Below, piece by piece: positions 28,307 through 41,962 of a DNA stretch of 64,000 bases. Within the stretch, counting starts at the first letter, position 1; each line of letters begins with the position of its first letter. Under the pieces are notes generated by a model. The model was not told the DNA's origin. It saw nothing but the letters and a program-made list of their open reading frames with translations, and ran no database searches. The DNA is taken from assembly GCA_016748015.1 (NCBI GenBank), contig JAAOMT010000627.1, forward strand, positions 124,001-188,000, given 5' to 3'. Source of the stretch: Geosiphon pyriformis uo1 (lineage: Eukaryota; Fungi; Glomeromycota). Position numbers and translations under genes: made by a program.

Positions 28307-29401
28307 GCAAATATAAAATCAGTAGCAAATTTCATCTATGAAGACATTATTTATAGACATAAATGTCTAATTAAACTTTTATCTGACCAAGAAACATATT
28401 TTGTGAACAACTTAATATAAAAAATTTGTGAATAGTTTAACATTAAACAACTCTTATTTTCACTATATTATCTATAAACAAACAGATTAATAGAACATTT
28501 TAACAGAACATTGTATGAATTATTAGCCAAAGTCTCAACCAATTTTGAGCAGAAATAAGATATTTTTATTTTATCAGTGTTACTAACACACAAAACACTA
28601 AAACAAAATACAACAAAGCACACATTATTTGATTTAACTTATAGAAAAACAGCAATATTACCAATTAATTTTTTAATAGAAACATATCCAGTACAACCAA
28701 TTACCAAAGAAAACTTCCAAAAAACACTTTAATAAAAAGCCTATATGCTTTTAGTATATTGAAAAAAAAACAACAAATTGCAGCAACTCATATTGAATAC
28801 TTTCAAGCTTAACAAAAAGAATTACATGACAACAAATTGTTACCAGTTACTAATAAATTTAAAATTAAAAACAAAGTTTTCTTATACAGAACTAAGACTG
28901 AAAAACAATGGAGTGAAAAATTTGAACATAAATGAGATAGACTATTTTATATTCATGAAATTCTAGACAATAAATTATATAAGTTAAAACTTAATAACAA
29001 AATTCTAACAAAAGTTGCATATAAAGATTGATTAAAACACTATTAATTTCACAAATTGGTATACATTCCCTTTTAATTAATTCCAAAGATATTTTCCAAA
29101 ACTTAGAACCAATAGTTGTAATAAAACAACAACTAAACTTAAATACTTAAATATAATATTATAACTCTTTTAAATAATACACAAACATAAAACAAAAATA
29201 ATAAATAATTATAAAAAATATCCAATACCAAAAATATATAAAACTCCTATACCCAAAAATAAATTTTTTTATTTGTTTCAAATTTTTTTTCAAAAATTTT
29301 ATTCTTAATTAATCACTGTTTATTATGATTATTTCTTGAAATATTCAACAAATATTTCAAAAATTAATATTAGCCTTGAAAACACTTTTTGATTTATTTA
29401 T

Positions 29402-30337
29402 TGTTATTCATAAAAAATATAAGTATTATATAATTAAAAAAGTAATCAATTAGAAATAGGCATAGTAATAAAAGAATTTCAGAATTCTTCTGAAGAAATT
29501 GCAGAATTCCAAAATCCCAGAATTCTTCATAAAAAATCACAGAATTTTAGAATTCTTTTGAAAAAATTACAAAATTTCAAAAATTTTATATAACACTAAC
29601 TATATATATATAGCAGTAGTATTAGAAACAAAAAAAGTAAGGAGATTCAGATTCAAAATTTGGTTTAGTTTCAATTAAGCATTTTTTTTTATCAATCAAT
29701 TAACCCTTACTTTATAAATAATTAATATTTACCAAAGTGAATTCATCTACAAAATATCAAATAAAACATACTTATTATCATCCAATTTATGCTGCTATTA
29801 TTTGTTTGAGAATTCAATTACTCTTTTATTTATTAATACTTCATGTTGATAACATCCAACACTTAACTATACTGAAACAATAGCTCTTAATCATGGCTAT
29901 TAATAAGATACTAATTCTTATTTTTTTTTCTTTATTTTTCTTTTATTTTTCTTTTATTTCTTTGTTATTTGTTGTTTACTAACTGATTTAAGAGATTAAG
30001 TACTGATTAATTAACATTAAGAATAGTCTAATAAAAAACCCAAAAATAAAAGTATAGAATTTATAAATTAACAAATAGCTTACCAGAAGAGCACAACTGC
30101 CAGAATAAACTGGCCATCACACTGAAAAAAAAAATTTGATAAAATAATTATTTTAGGAGGCTATTGAAAACAACTATTAAATTTTTGTCTATTATACAAA
30201 GAACTCCAATTCAAAACCTTTAGATATAAAAATCTTCAGATTACTAAAATCTTCAGACTTATCAACAAAATTAGCTATTGAGTACCAAGTTATGAGTTTG
30301 TTATTTGTTTTCATACCCTAAATAATTATTTGTAACA
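29402..30337 (+). repeat. Solo LTR (family A) inserted in the post-integrase region of element E
   Basis: TGTTAT...GTAACA; TSD TTAT/CTAT. Confidence 0.9.
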
Positions 30338-30950
30338 CTATAATAATTAATGGAAGTTAAATTAATTACATTCAAAAAATACTACAGCTTTAGTAGTAAA
30401 CAATTGACAGAATTATTACTCTTATAAAAAAACACAAAAAGTTATTCTGAAATTCAATTACCAAAACTTTTAAAGCAAACATTAAAAAAAAATCTTTTAT
30501 TTGCCACTATTAACATTTCACCAAATTCCACAACACAACAAAAACTTTTACAGTACTTTAATAAACAGAATAATGAATATACTCTTATATATAAATACTT
30601 TTATATTGAAAAAACACTTTATAAACAAAAACTAAAACTTGAAGCAACAAATCTTACTTCTAAAGCTATACAAAAACAAATTCACAACAAATTCAAGACA
30701 GCAGCTGGACCAACAAACATTTGCTATAAACTTAAAACAATATTTAGACTCTATAACTTATTCAATATTTGTAAAAATGTTCTACAAAATCTAATACTTC
30801 AACCAATAAAAATTCAATATATTAACAAACTCACAGAACTAAAATTTCAACAATTTTCAGATCAAATTACCATGATTATTTTGAATTAATATCTTAATAT
30901 TACAAATAATACTTGGACTTTAATAAAACTTAGTCTTAAGAAGAAAATTA

Positions 30951-31885
30951 TGTTATCAGTAGAATTTTAACTAGTAATTAACATAAAATTACTCTTATAA
31001 TTTCTAGCATTAATTAGTATATATTATTATTATTTTAATTATTACTTATTAAGTTAATCAAATTATTAAATATTATTATTCAATTAATAACCCAATTTGT
31101 ATAATAGAAATTAAGATAATTAAATTACACAATACTCTAAACCATTTAATATTCAAAAATTTGCCGAAATTGGTAGAAATTGGCCGAAATAATCAATAGT
31201 TCATAGAAATAACTTGTAATTTACCAAAATGTATCTTTAGTTTGCCAAAATTAGAGCAAAAAGAAAAGTACAAGTTCAAAAACTAGTATCACAACAAGTT
31301 ATATAAAATAAAAGCTTCTTTTTTTAAGAAAATGTATCTATTTTAGATATTTTTTAATTAAAATCAATTATCTTTTACATATTTATACAAAATTAAATAA
31401 AAAGCAAATATTTAAAAACTCAAATTTTTAATTATTTTATTTGAAATTCCCAAAAACCAACTAACATTTTGAAATTAATTAGCTACCAATTTCAATAATC
31501 TATTAATGACTCCAGACTTGAATAGGAAATAGTTTTTTTGATAAAATTTTATTTTTTTTATTTTTTATTTTTTTTTATTTTTTTTATTATAATTATTAAG
31601 ATAGTCTACAGACAAAATTCTTGTAAAAAAGTTGATTTTTACAGCAAAGTAACTACACATTTTTAATGAGCTTCCAGATAAGCAATTTCTGAGAAAAAGT
31701 TGATGTTTACTATAATGTAACTATATAAAATAATTGGTATGAAATTGGTTATTTTACTTATAAGTCTAGCAGTTCAAATTATAAAAGATAATTTAAAAAT
31801 AAATTCAGTTACTGAAAGTTCATGAATTAGCAACAACACAGCATTAACAATATTTAAAAAAAGAGACCAAAAACCTTCAATAATA
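30951..31885 (+). repeat. Element E 3' LTR
   Basis: Repeat of 10107-11058; preceded by purine tract AAGAAGAAAA. Confidence 0.93.
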
Positions 31886-32583
31886 ACATATTGCTCAAGA
31901 AAATATGAGATCTTATATAACAAAAAATAGATATATATAGCAAGAGTATTAAAAACAGAAAAAACAGAATTAATACAGACAAGTTCAATTACAACTCATT
32001 AATTATCTAATATCTCTTTCTTTAAAAAGTAGTTTTTTACAACTTGAAGTGAAATCAATTCACATATTAATAAAATATCAATTATTACTTAAAATTTATA
32101 TTACTATTACTTAATTAAGAATATTAATTAATTTTATGCTATTAACACTCAATGTTAATAGAATTTAATACTTAATTATACTGAATCAATAGTTTTTGAT
32201 CACAGCTATTAATAGAATACTAATTTTTTATTTTTATTTTTTTTCCTATTTTTTTTATTTTTTATTATTTTTTTTTGTTTTATTTTTTTTGTTGTTTGTT
32301 AATTGATTAAAAAAATTAAGCACTGAATATTTGATGTCAAAAATAGTCTGATAAAAGACCTAAAAATAAAAGTAGAAATTTAAGAATAGCTTATTAAAAG
32401 AGCATGACTGTCAGAATAAACTGGCTATTATACTGGAAAAAAAAATTCACAAAAAAAAACATTAATTGAATTTCTGTTTATTATACAAAAAACTTAACTA
32501 AAACCTTCAGACATTACCAGCTATTGAGCACCAAGTTACAGGTTTGTTATTTATTTTAACACTCTAAATAATCACCTATAATA
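31886..32583 (+). repeat. Element G 3' LTR, right part
   Basis: Resumes the U3 array, then TATA and family-A R/U5; ends ATAATCACCTATAATA. Confidence 0.82.
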
Positions 32584-32990
32584 TTAGTAATAATTTCTTA
32601 AGTATTATTAGTAATAACATCAAAAACCAGAAAAAACAATAATGAATCAGTTTTTATTTGGTCAGTTCAGTTCTTAAAAACAAATAATTTAACAAAAAAT
32701 TGTTGCTTTGCTTTTAAAACTGGCAAAAATCTGTTAAAAAATACTATATTTGGCAATATAATTAGTAATTAATCTTGGTTTATTTTAAACAACATGCTAA
32801 ATAATACAATAAAAATTTCATTTTTTGGTCTTTTTGGCTATTTTCAAAAAAGTAATATTAGTAATACTAAATATAGCAACAATAATTAAGAAAACTAGTT
32901 TGTTAATTGGTCTACTATTAAAAACTTTTAGGCTTTTGATAGAAGTGGAAACAACACTAAAACTAATTCAAATGTGTTTTTTTAAGAGAA
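32584..32990 (-). mobile_element. Inverted fragment homologous to the adjacent LINE 5'/ORF1 region
   Basis: Reverse complement aligns by eye to ~33080-33430. Confidence 0.55.
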
Positions 32991-32999
32991 TTTTAACTA

Positions 33000-35639
33000 G
33001 TAAAAAACCAGTCAAAAATGAAAAAAATGTTTTAGTAATTACCAAAAACAGTTTTTTATTACTATTATTTAAGAAAAAAGTTTTTAAGATATTCTGTCTT
33101 AATATTATTATTATTATTTTGCAAATAATTAAAAAAACCAAAGATTTTAAAAAACAACAATAATTACTTGTATTTATTATTATTATATTGAATTTTTTGT
33201 AATTTTAAATAAAATCTTGGAAAAAATTTTCTTAACAACAATCAATTCTCTTTTTAATATAAACAATAACAATAACAATATATTTTTTAAAATAAACCAA
33301 AATTAATTACTAATTATATTATTAAATATGGTGTTTTTTGACAGATTTTTACCAGTTTTAAATACAAAACAATTCATTGAGTTATCTAATCTTAAAAATT
33401 GAACTAATCAAATAAAAATTGAATTAATTTTTTTTATTCTGTTTTTTAATACTGTTTTTGTTAATATTTAAGAAACAATTTTGAATTGTTTAAAATTTTC
33501 TAAATAAATAGTTTCTATTTTGGTACTTAATGCTATTTTCAAAATTAAATTGGTTTTTATTAATTTTTTGTTTTATTTACTGTCTGGTTTTATTGGATTT
33601 AAGTTAGTTTTTAAAAATAATATCAAGTTATTTTGTATAAATTTTGGTTTAAACTTTTTTTGGTTACTATTACTAATATTTTTATAAGTGGTTTTTTTTT
33701 AATTATACTTAAGATTGTTAAATTTTTTGTAATAATCTTTGATTATATCTTTTTTAACATATTTTCAAATAATATTAAAAATATTTTTGGTATTTTTGAT
33801 ATTATTACTTTAGTTAAATTAAAGTTTATTAGTTTGTAACAATATAATATTATTACTTTTAATATATTTTTTTTGTTATTATTACTTTTGCTTACTAATT
33901 TGTATTGATAAAAAAACAGTATTAAAATTTTTTTTTTGTTCAATTAAAAAAAGATTATTATTTTAAAAAATACTTAAAAAATCCAGTTAATTAATTTTTT
34001 TTGGTTGTACTGTTTTTAAGATTAATAATTTGATTTTTTAAGTTAGGATCATATTTGTTTTATTTTTTGTTCTTTTAATTTTTAATTTTTATTATATTAA
34101 TACTTTATATTTATTATATTTAAGTCTCATAAATTGCTAAATTTTGTTATTATAAAAACTAATATTCTATACAAGTCTTATATTTAATAGAAAATTTTTA
34201 GATATTATTATTGTTATAAGTATTAAAACTTAAATAACTTAATAAAATTTATTATTAAATTTATTAGTTTTTTGATTATTTTAATTTTTTTTTGTTTAAA
34301 AATATACACAAAAATTACAAAATAAAAAAAAACTTGCTTATTATTATTAATGTTTTTAAGAACTTTACTATTTTTCTGACTGATATGTTTAAAAACTTTG
34401 CTAATTTTAAAGCTAAAATTAAGTTTAATAATATAAATAAAAATAAATTTAGTGTTTTTAAAGTATTTTTTCTAAGTAAAAATATTTGGTTATTTTGTGG
34501 CAAATATGTGTTTTTAATCTTAAAAATAGTATTGTAAAAACTAAAGTGTTTTTTAATAATTTTATTTTTAATATTCGAAATTTAAATAATAATATTAAGA
34601 AACTTAGTAAACTAAATTTACTTTTAGTTTTTTTTAATTTAATTTAACTTAGTTTAAACTAAGACTTATGTTTAATTATATGTAAAAAATATATAAATTA
34701 TATTTAATTTGTGTTACTTAATGTAATTTATAGTGTTAAATTATAGTTAAATTATATTAAACTTAATAAAAAAATTTTTTTATTTATAATTTTTTTATTT
34801 TTTTAATAATTATTATTGTTATTATTAAATTAACTTGTTAAAAAAATTTATAATAAAAATATAATATTATAAATAATTTAATAAAAACTACATATTATAA
34901 ACATAAAATTAACTTATTAAAACTAAATAATTTATTAAAAAGATAAAAAACATTAAAATAAATTTGTTAACATAGAAAAAATTAAAATATCAAGTATTAA
35001 AAAGCTATTAAGTTATTAAATCTTTATTTTTTATGTAAAAAACTTTATTAAAAATTTTTAAATTTACAAATTTTTAAATTAATATTGAAATAATAATATT
35101 AAATAATAAAAACTTATTTAAAAAAAATATTTATAATAATATTTATAGCTATTTATTAATAACTTATAGCTTTTGAATGTCCTTAGTTTCAGTAATTTTT
35201 TTGCAATTAAGCAATATCTTTCTAATGTTAATTTGAATATTATTAAATATTTACACAAATGAGTCTTTAAGAAATTTGGATATATATAATATAAGATATA
35301 ATATTGCTGTATTTTTTGTTAATTTAAACCTAAATATAGATATTGAGATTAATGATCTGGTTTCTTTTATGTTAACAGAATTACAAGCAATTGTTTTGGT
35401 CTTAAAATGTGTTCCTGTTTCTAATACTATTGTAGTGTATTCAAATAGCCAAGCTGCTTTGAATGCTTATATTATAGAATTAAATATGGTTTTGTTAGAC
35501 TTTTATAATTAACACTGGCTTAAAAAATATTGTATTGTAAATTCTGTTAGAAGTAAGAATTTTAATGTTTTTTGGTTTAAGATTAAAAATTATTTAGGTA
35601 TCTTAAGTAATAAGTATGCTAATAAATTGGCTAATATAA
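33000..35639 (+). mobile_element. Highly decayed LINE: ORF1 RRM-like region (~33620-33960) and ORF2 RNase H (~35240-35639); middle heavily deleted or eroded
   Basis: NIKNIFGIFDIITLVKLKFISL*QY (RRM-like); IYTNESL, TELQAIVLVL, VYSNSQAAL, KIKNYLGILSNKYANKLA are RNase HI motifs after G>A/C>T decay. Confidence 0.7.
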
Positions 35640-37439
35640 TATTACTTATAAAAATTAAAAATTATGATAGTAGATAAAATAGCCAATCAGAAATAGACAT
35701 AGTAAAAAAAAATTCCAGGATTTTTTTTAAGGAATTACAAGATTTCAGAATTTCAGAATTTCTTTCAAAAAAATTGAAAAATTTCAAGAAATTTCATATA
35801 ACATAAATTATATATATATATAGTAAGAATGTTAAAAGCAGAATTTAATACAATAGAATTCAGATTAATTTAAAACAACAATATTTTTTTTTCAAAAGAT
35901 AGTTTTTTATGACTTGAAGTAAAATTATTTTCATATTAATAAAATTATCTATTATTATCAAATTCATGTTATTATTACTTAATTAAAAAAATATTAATTT
36001 ATTTTATTTTATTAATATAGAGTGTTAATAGAATTTAATACTTAATCATACTAGAACAATAGCTCTTAATTATGGCTATTAACAAGATATTAATTTTTTA
36101 TTTTTTTTTCTAATTTTTATTTATTTATTTTTTTTTTGTTTTGTTTCTTGTTATTTACTAATTGATTAAAAGAATTAAGCACTAAGTATTTGATGTCAAA
36201 GATAGTCTAATAAAAAACTTGAAAACAAGGATAAAAATTTAAGAATAGCTTATTAAAAGAACATAACTGCTGTTATTTGAATAGAAAAACTGATTCAAAG
36301 TTATGAAGAAACATGACCAAAACATGACATAATACAGAATAGTATGCAATAATATTGGATAACACGTTATAACTTAAAATAACACAGAATAATACATTAT
36401 AATATAGGATAACACAGAATAATATGTAATAATACCAGATAATATGTTATAACATAGAATAACTAGTAATAACATAGAAAAATGAAGCAATTACAAAAAT
36501 AGCAAAGCAATAATTAACAATAACAGAACAATCAGAAGCAATCTTGTAGAACAAAAAAAATGTATAAAATAAGTAGCTATAGAAGTTAGAAAGACATTTA
36601 GAGAGAAAATTAGACTTTTAGGAGTCAATTAAATTCACAGATCATAATTATTAAATACTTATCCTTTCAAAGATAGTTGCTATCAACTAAAATAGAATTA
36701 TATCAATAAAATATCTCTTCAATTCTTCAAATCTATGTTATTATCCACTACTTAATCTGCTGACACAATAGCTCTTAATTATAGCTATTAATAAGACACT
36801 TATTTCTTATTTTATTTTCTTTATTTTTTTATTTTTTTTTATTTTTTTTTATTTTTTATTTTTCTCTTGTGGAGCAGCAACATAAAAAAATTGACTGTTT
36901 GAAAATAGACTTCGTGATAGCCTGGTAAAAGAAAGAGGCTCCTCCTAAGTTTTGAATATTAATATTATCTTGTTAGCTTACTAAAAGGGCAAAAAGACAA
37001 TACCAGACCTTAACAATTGTGCTCATTAGCTCAAAAAAGATAGCTCACATTTTTAAAAAAGTTGCAATCAGTAAAAACCAAACCTCTGTGCCTTATAATC
37101 AAAGAACTCAATGGGTAAATTCACAACCAGTAAAATAAGACCTTCAGAGACTGATAATCAAGATTAAGCTACTGGAATTATGCAAAACATGTCTTACCAA
37201 TAATTGAGAGCACCAAACATTACCATCTTCCTACTCCACCAAGTTTACCTGTAACACTGCTAAAATAAACAAGCCACCATATTAAAAAAAAATTTACAGA
37301 AGAAACCAGTAATTAAATCTTTGTTTATTATACAAAAAACTCAACCAAAACCTTCAAAAATTATCAATATTCTCAACTATTAAATACTAAGTTATGGATT
37401 TGTTATTTGTTTCAACATCTCAAATAATTATCTGTAATA
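35640..37439 (+). repeat. Element I 5' LTR, split by solo LTR 36271-37256
   Basis: TATTAC...GTAATA; the halves join at CTGC. Confidence 0.87.
36271..37256 (+). repeat. Solo LTR, family-B-like variant
   Basis: TGTTAT...GTAACA; perfect TSD CTGC/CTGC. Confidence 0.93.
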
Positions 37440-37459
37440 TTTAGTGCTTTTTGTGAGAT

Positions 37460-40129
37460 ATAATCTAACAAAAAACCAGCACTAATATTAACTATTTGAA
37501 AAAATAGCAAACCAAAAAATCATAGGAAAAAATCATTTAAAATTTATAAAATCCTTGTTTTAACATTACTAAACTCATCTTAGACTGACAAGTAACTATT
37601 GGTCAGCAAAATTAGCTTTCAACTTTTACATTAATAAAAAAATTAAATCCTATTTAGCAAATAAAAAAAAATCAGAAGCTGTTTTTAGGAATTTCTATAG
37701 TGAATTATTATAAAACACCACACTTCTACTAAACTATTTGTTTGCATCAGTAATCACAGAAATAAACAGAGAAATTGAAAAATACATCCAACAGAAATTT
37801 TTTATTATTTTTGTAGACAAAGAAAAATTATAAACTCCAGCAGAAACATCAAGGAAAATACAACTGCTTACTTAGAAAAAATCAAAAGTTATTTTACTTA
37901 TTCACCTGTTATACTATCATATATTAAGAAATATTATCTACATATTATTCAGATCTATATCAATATTAATGACAAAAACACTATTACCTAAAGTACTGTT
38001 TTAAAATAATTAAAAGAAAACCAAATTGTTAGGAATCTATAGCAATTTTTTTAAAGAATTTAAATTGTAATCAACAATACCATTAGAACTTTAATCACTA
38101 CCATTTCAACCAAATTTCAGATCTACCAGTTATTGAAAAAACACCAAATCAGAAGAAAAAAAAGACAGTAATCAGAGAAATAATAATTAAAATTCAATCT
38201 CAAATAACCTAAAAGTTCAAACTCCAATTATTCAAACTTTACAAAACTTAAACAATCCAAACTCTGCTTCTATTTTTCAGCAAAACTTACTTTCAGTTAT
38301 TGTAATTAATTCACTAGTTGCATTAATTATTATACAACAACAACAATCTTAACAACAATTACAACAACAACAATTTGTATCAATAACATATATACTTATT
38401 ACCAAACTCAAAAAATTTATTGAGAAAGAAAACAATGTCCAAACATAGCTAAATAATATGGCAAAAGCCATTGCAACTAATGGATAGAACAACACCAAAG
38501 CATTTCAAGCTATTTTATACTTTTTTTAGAATATTGCCAACTTATAGTATTAGAATTTTGTAAACAAACTTCAAAATTTTGACATATTTAAAACCACATT
38601 TCTACAGTATTTCAGTAACAATAACAGTATCAACTACCTGTTAACTAGCTTTATTATTATTAAACAAGATAATACTAAAGCAGTTATTACTTACTTAAAA
38701 CATTTTTATAGAAATTTGTGCTAAATCCAAGCAATCAACACTGACTACTTTATAATATCACAGATTCTAAATTAATTCATTTATAGATTATACAGCAGTT
38801 TGTTATAATAAGTACATCCAATATATTTAAATACTTTCTAAGACATGGTTATTTACACCAAAAATTTTGAATTAGCTAAACTTAAAGCCAATCACACCTA
38901 AACTGTAAATCTAGTAATAAATAGATCATCTAAATTGAATACTAAATTAAAGCAATTTGGTAAAGTATCAATCAGAAAATCAAGAAATATTTAGCTAACA
39001 ATCAAGCAATTTATCAAGCTCTTTAATGTTGTGATAATTTAAGAAATTCTAATTGTTTTCAAAATTTATTGTATCTATTATTATCATTATCAAATTAATC
39101 ATGATAACAAAAAATGCATAATTGCTATTATTGTAGTAAATAAAACTATTTAAAAACAAATTGTTATTCCAGATTCAACAATCAATTATTGAAAAATCAA
39201 TATTAAAACTCCAATTGCAGGTTTTAAATTTCGAATTACACTCTAAATTAAAAACAATATTAATATCAGTCTTATTACATCCCAATAATATAACCACCAA
39301 TATACTTATCTCTAGTATATTAGACTTCAGCACTGGTAATATATTAGTTGCAGCCACAAATTATTTATTAACCCCAATAAATTCAAATGTTATCCCAAAT
39401 TACTATGCTAATATTAACTGAAAATCCAAGACTGAGAATTACTTACATCTAGCAGAATTGAAAATTAACAATAGTAATACATTAATTAATCTCCAATTTA
39501 TTGAACTAGCCATCAGAATTATGCCAGTAAAATTTGGAAAGTAAGTACACTCAAAACCTGAATTTCCAAAGCTATTTAAGTCTCTTGATTATCTCAAAAA
39601 ACAATTTATTCAACAATTTGAAAACCAATTCAATACTATTTACCAACAATATTTTACTAATAATGGTTACTAAAAACAAGTTACTTGCAGCCATTTTTTT
39701 TTTTAAATTAGAAAAATTTTCAACAACACTTCTTTTTAATAGAGCTGTCTTTAATACCAAACTAATTACTATTATATATACTAATACCAAAGTTAAATGG
39801 TTATTCTATTAAGTTAATTTTTAATAATAAGTTAGCAGACAGCATTATCATATGACAACTTATGAGCCAATTAGATTACTGAGTTAATTGAATTGTTAGC
39901 ACTAGAATTATTACAGCCAATGAAATAATAAAAACTCTTATTGGCAAAATTAATAACTTTTTTTTTAAAGTTAATAGTATTATTATGCCAATCAAAGTTC
40001 TAATTATAAAAGTTACACAATACCAAGCTTTTATTGGTAATAACTGGCTATTCAAGACCAATACTGTACTCAATTAGACCATATAAAAGCTTGAGCTTAG
40101 TCAAAATAGTTAGTAAACTTGGGTACCAG
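37460..40129 (+). pseudogene. Element I gag-protease pseudogene
   Basis: TKLKKF..KENNVQT, AKAIATNG, CYYC at ~39123, ARIITA-like and IGNNWL motifs. Confidence 0.82.
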
Positions 40130-40876
40130 TATTACAAATGATTATTTGGAGTCTTAAGTCAAATAACAAATCTGTAATTTGGTGCTTGGTTGGTTTTCTG
40201 GTGTTAATATCTGAAGGTTTTGGTGTGAAGTTTTTTGTATAATGGACAGAGATTTAGTTGATGGTTTTTATCTGTAGCTTCCTGAACCACAGTTTCATCA
40301 AATTTTTTTCTCAGCATAGTGGCTGGTAATCCTTCTGGTAAGCTATCCTCAAATCTATGAGTGTTCTACTCTTGTTTTATGGGTCTTTTACCAGTCTCTA
40401 TGATGTTTGTAACTCAGCGCTTAATCCTTAATCAAATTAGTAAAACCAAAGAAATAACAAAAGAAATAAAAAAAAATAAAAAAAACTAAAAGAAAATAAA
40501 GAAACAAGTAAAAGCAATTACAAATTAATATCCCATCAATAGCCGTGATCAAGAGCTATTGTTTCAGTATGGTCAAGTTTCAGTTACTATTAACATAAAG
40601 TGTTGATAGTGGAAAGTGGATTGAGATAGTGAATAATTATTTATTGATATTTGTGAATAAAAGGTTGCTTAGATCAAATTTAAACTGAGATGTCTCTAAT
40701 GGAAGGATTCTGCTCTTTTTACTTCTAATGCTATCACTATATATACATAATTGATGTTCTACAAGATTGCTTACATTTCTGAGCGATGTGCTATAATTTC
40801 TTGAGCAATGCTCACATTGCTGAACAATGTGCCCTAATTTTCTAATATTGCTCCACATTGCTGAGCAATATGCCAT
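40130..40876 (-). repeat. Element H 3' LTR, R/U5 part and part of the U3 array
   Basis: Family-A LTR end in reverse orientation; ACATTGCTGAGCAAT array continues at 51974. Confidence 0.88.
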
Positions 40877-41960
40877 TGTTACCCGAGTAGAAAAACCAAT
40901 CCAAAGTTATGAAGAAATGTAACCAAAACATGACATAACACAGAATAATGCCCAATAACGTTGGATAATGCATTATAACATAGGATAACGTGTTATAATG
41001 CAGGATAACACAGAATAGTGCGCAATAACATAGGATAACATATTATAATGCAGGATAATACAGAATAATATGTAATAATGTCAGATAACATGTTATAACA
41101 TAGGATAACTAGTGATAACATAGAAAAACGAAACAATAACAGAAACAATAAAGCAATAGCTAGCAATAGCAAGACAATTGAAAGCAATCCTGTAAAACCA
41201 AAAGAATGTATAAAAGCAAGTAGTAGTAGAAGTGAGAAAAGACAGACAGATAGATACGAACCTTTAGACAAGAATTAAAATTATCCATACCCTTTCATCC
41301 TTTATTATCTTCCCTATTTCATCTCCTGAAATAAACCAATTATTAAAGAAATCAGAATCACAAATTTATGTTCTCAAACTTCATGGAATTTATGTGAATT
41401 AACCCTTGTCTTATACCTCTGTTCTAGAACAAATGCTTTTAGCATAACTGCCTTGAACCTATTAACAATTTGGACCAATTACTCTTGATCACAGCAATTG
41501 ACGATACTAATTTATCTTTTCCTTCTTTTCTTTTCTTTTCTTTTTCCTTTTCTTTCTTTTTCTGTCTTATTTTTGTGAAGCAACAACATAGTAAAATTAA
41601 CTGTCTGGGAATAGACTTTGTGATAGCCTGGTAAAAGAAGAAAGCTTCCCCTAAGTTTTGGATATTAACATTATCTTGTTAGCTTACCAGAAGAGTGAAA
41701 AGACAATGCCAGACCCTAACAACTGTGCTTGTTAGCTCAGAGAAGAAAGCTCACATTTACAAAAAACGTTGCAATCGACGAAAGACAAACTCTGTGTCTT
41801 ATAACCAAAAAACTCAACGGGTAAAATTCACATCCAGAAATAGACCTTCAGAGACTGATAATCAAGACTAAGTCAACAGAATTATGCGGAAGACATATCA
41901 TCAATAATTGAGAGCACTAAACGTTACTATTTCCCATACCCACCAAGTTTACCCATAACA
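40877..41960 (+). repeat. B2 5' LTR
   Basis: TGTTAC...ATAACA; repeat of 50884-51973. Confidence 0.96.
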
Positions 41961-41962
41961 TT

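Larger units (their letters stand above)
17730..29150 (+). pseudogene. Element E integrase (separate ORF), split by B1 into 17730-18242 and 28307-~29150
   Basis: MHTDP..HL..C..C; DYLTK*PKTKAIQRA|..SDQETYF, TNRLIEHFNRTL. Confidence 0.87.
10107..31885 (+). mobile_element. Element E: full-length decayed gypsy element with three nested insertions
   Basis: Matching LTRs 10107-11058 and 30951-31885, PBS-like site, PPT, TSD GCAC/ACAT. Confidence 0.92.
7846..32583 (+). mobile_element. Element G: 5'-truncated gypsy remnant (integrase C-terminus 7846-8340, ORF3 to ~9910, PPT, 3' LTR split into 9923-10106 and 31886-32583)
   Basis: Collinear with A 4180-5350 and H 52130-53350; the LTR halves join across element E. 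Confidence 0.82.
35640..40129 (+). mobile_element. Element I: 5' part of a family-A gypsy element (5' LTR, PBS, gag, protease), cut by element H
   Basis: LTR 35640-37439, decayed PBS TAGTGCTTTTTGTGAG at 37442, capsid and CYYC knuckle, TQYQAFIGNNWL protease. Confidence 0.87.

Noticed and set aside
32825-34537. Short K/I/F/N-rich ORFs as host genes
   Set aside because: Low-complexity products of AT-eroded LINE sequence
40920-41120. Regular short repeats resembling a CRISPR array (also the GGAATTCC and GATCAGGTCAAT arrays)
   Set aside because: Contiguous minisatellites without unique spacers, inside LTR U3, and no cas genes
40993-41271. Hydrophobic ORFs resembling membrane or env proteins (also 51000-51278, 19116-19343, 25493-25810)
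   Set aside because: Antisense translations of A-rich LTR arrays or of Gln-rich gag; compositional artefacts
41620-41700. Hairpin or hammerhead ribozyme in the LTR (ACCAG/CTGGTA helix)
   Set aside because: The conserved catalytic loop sequences are absent; kept only as a generic structured element
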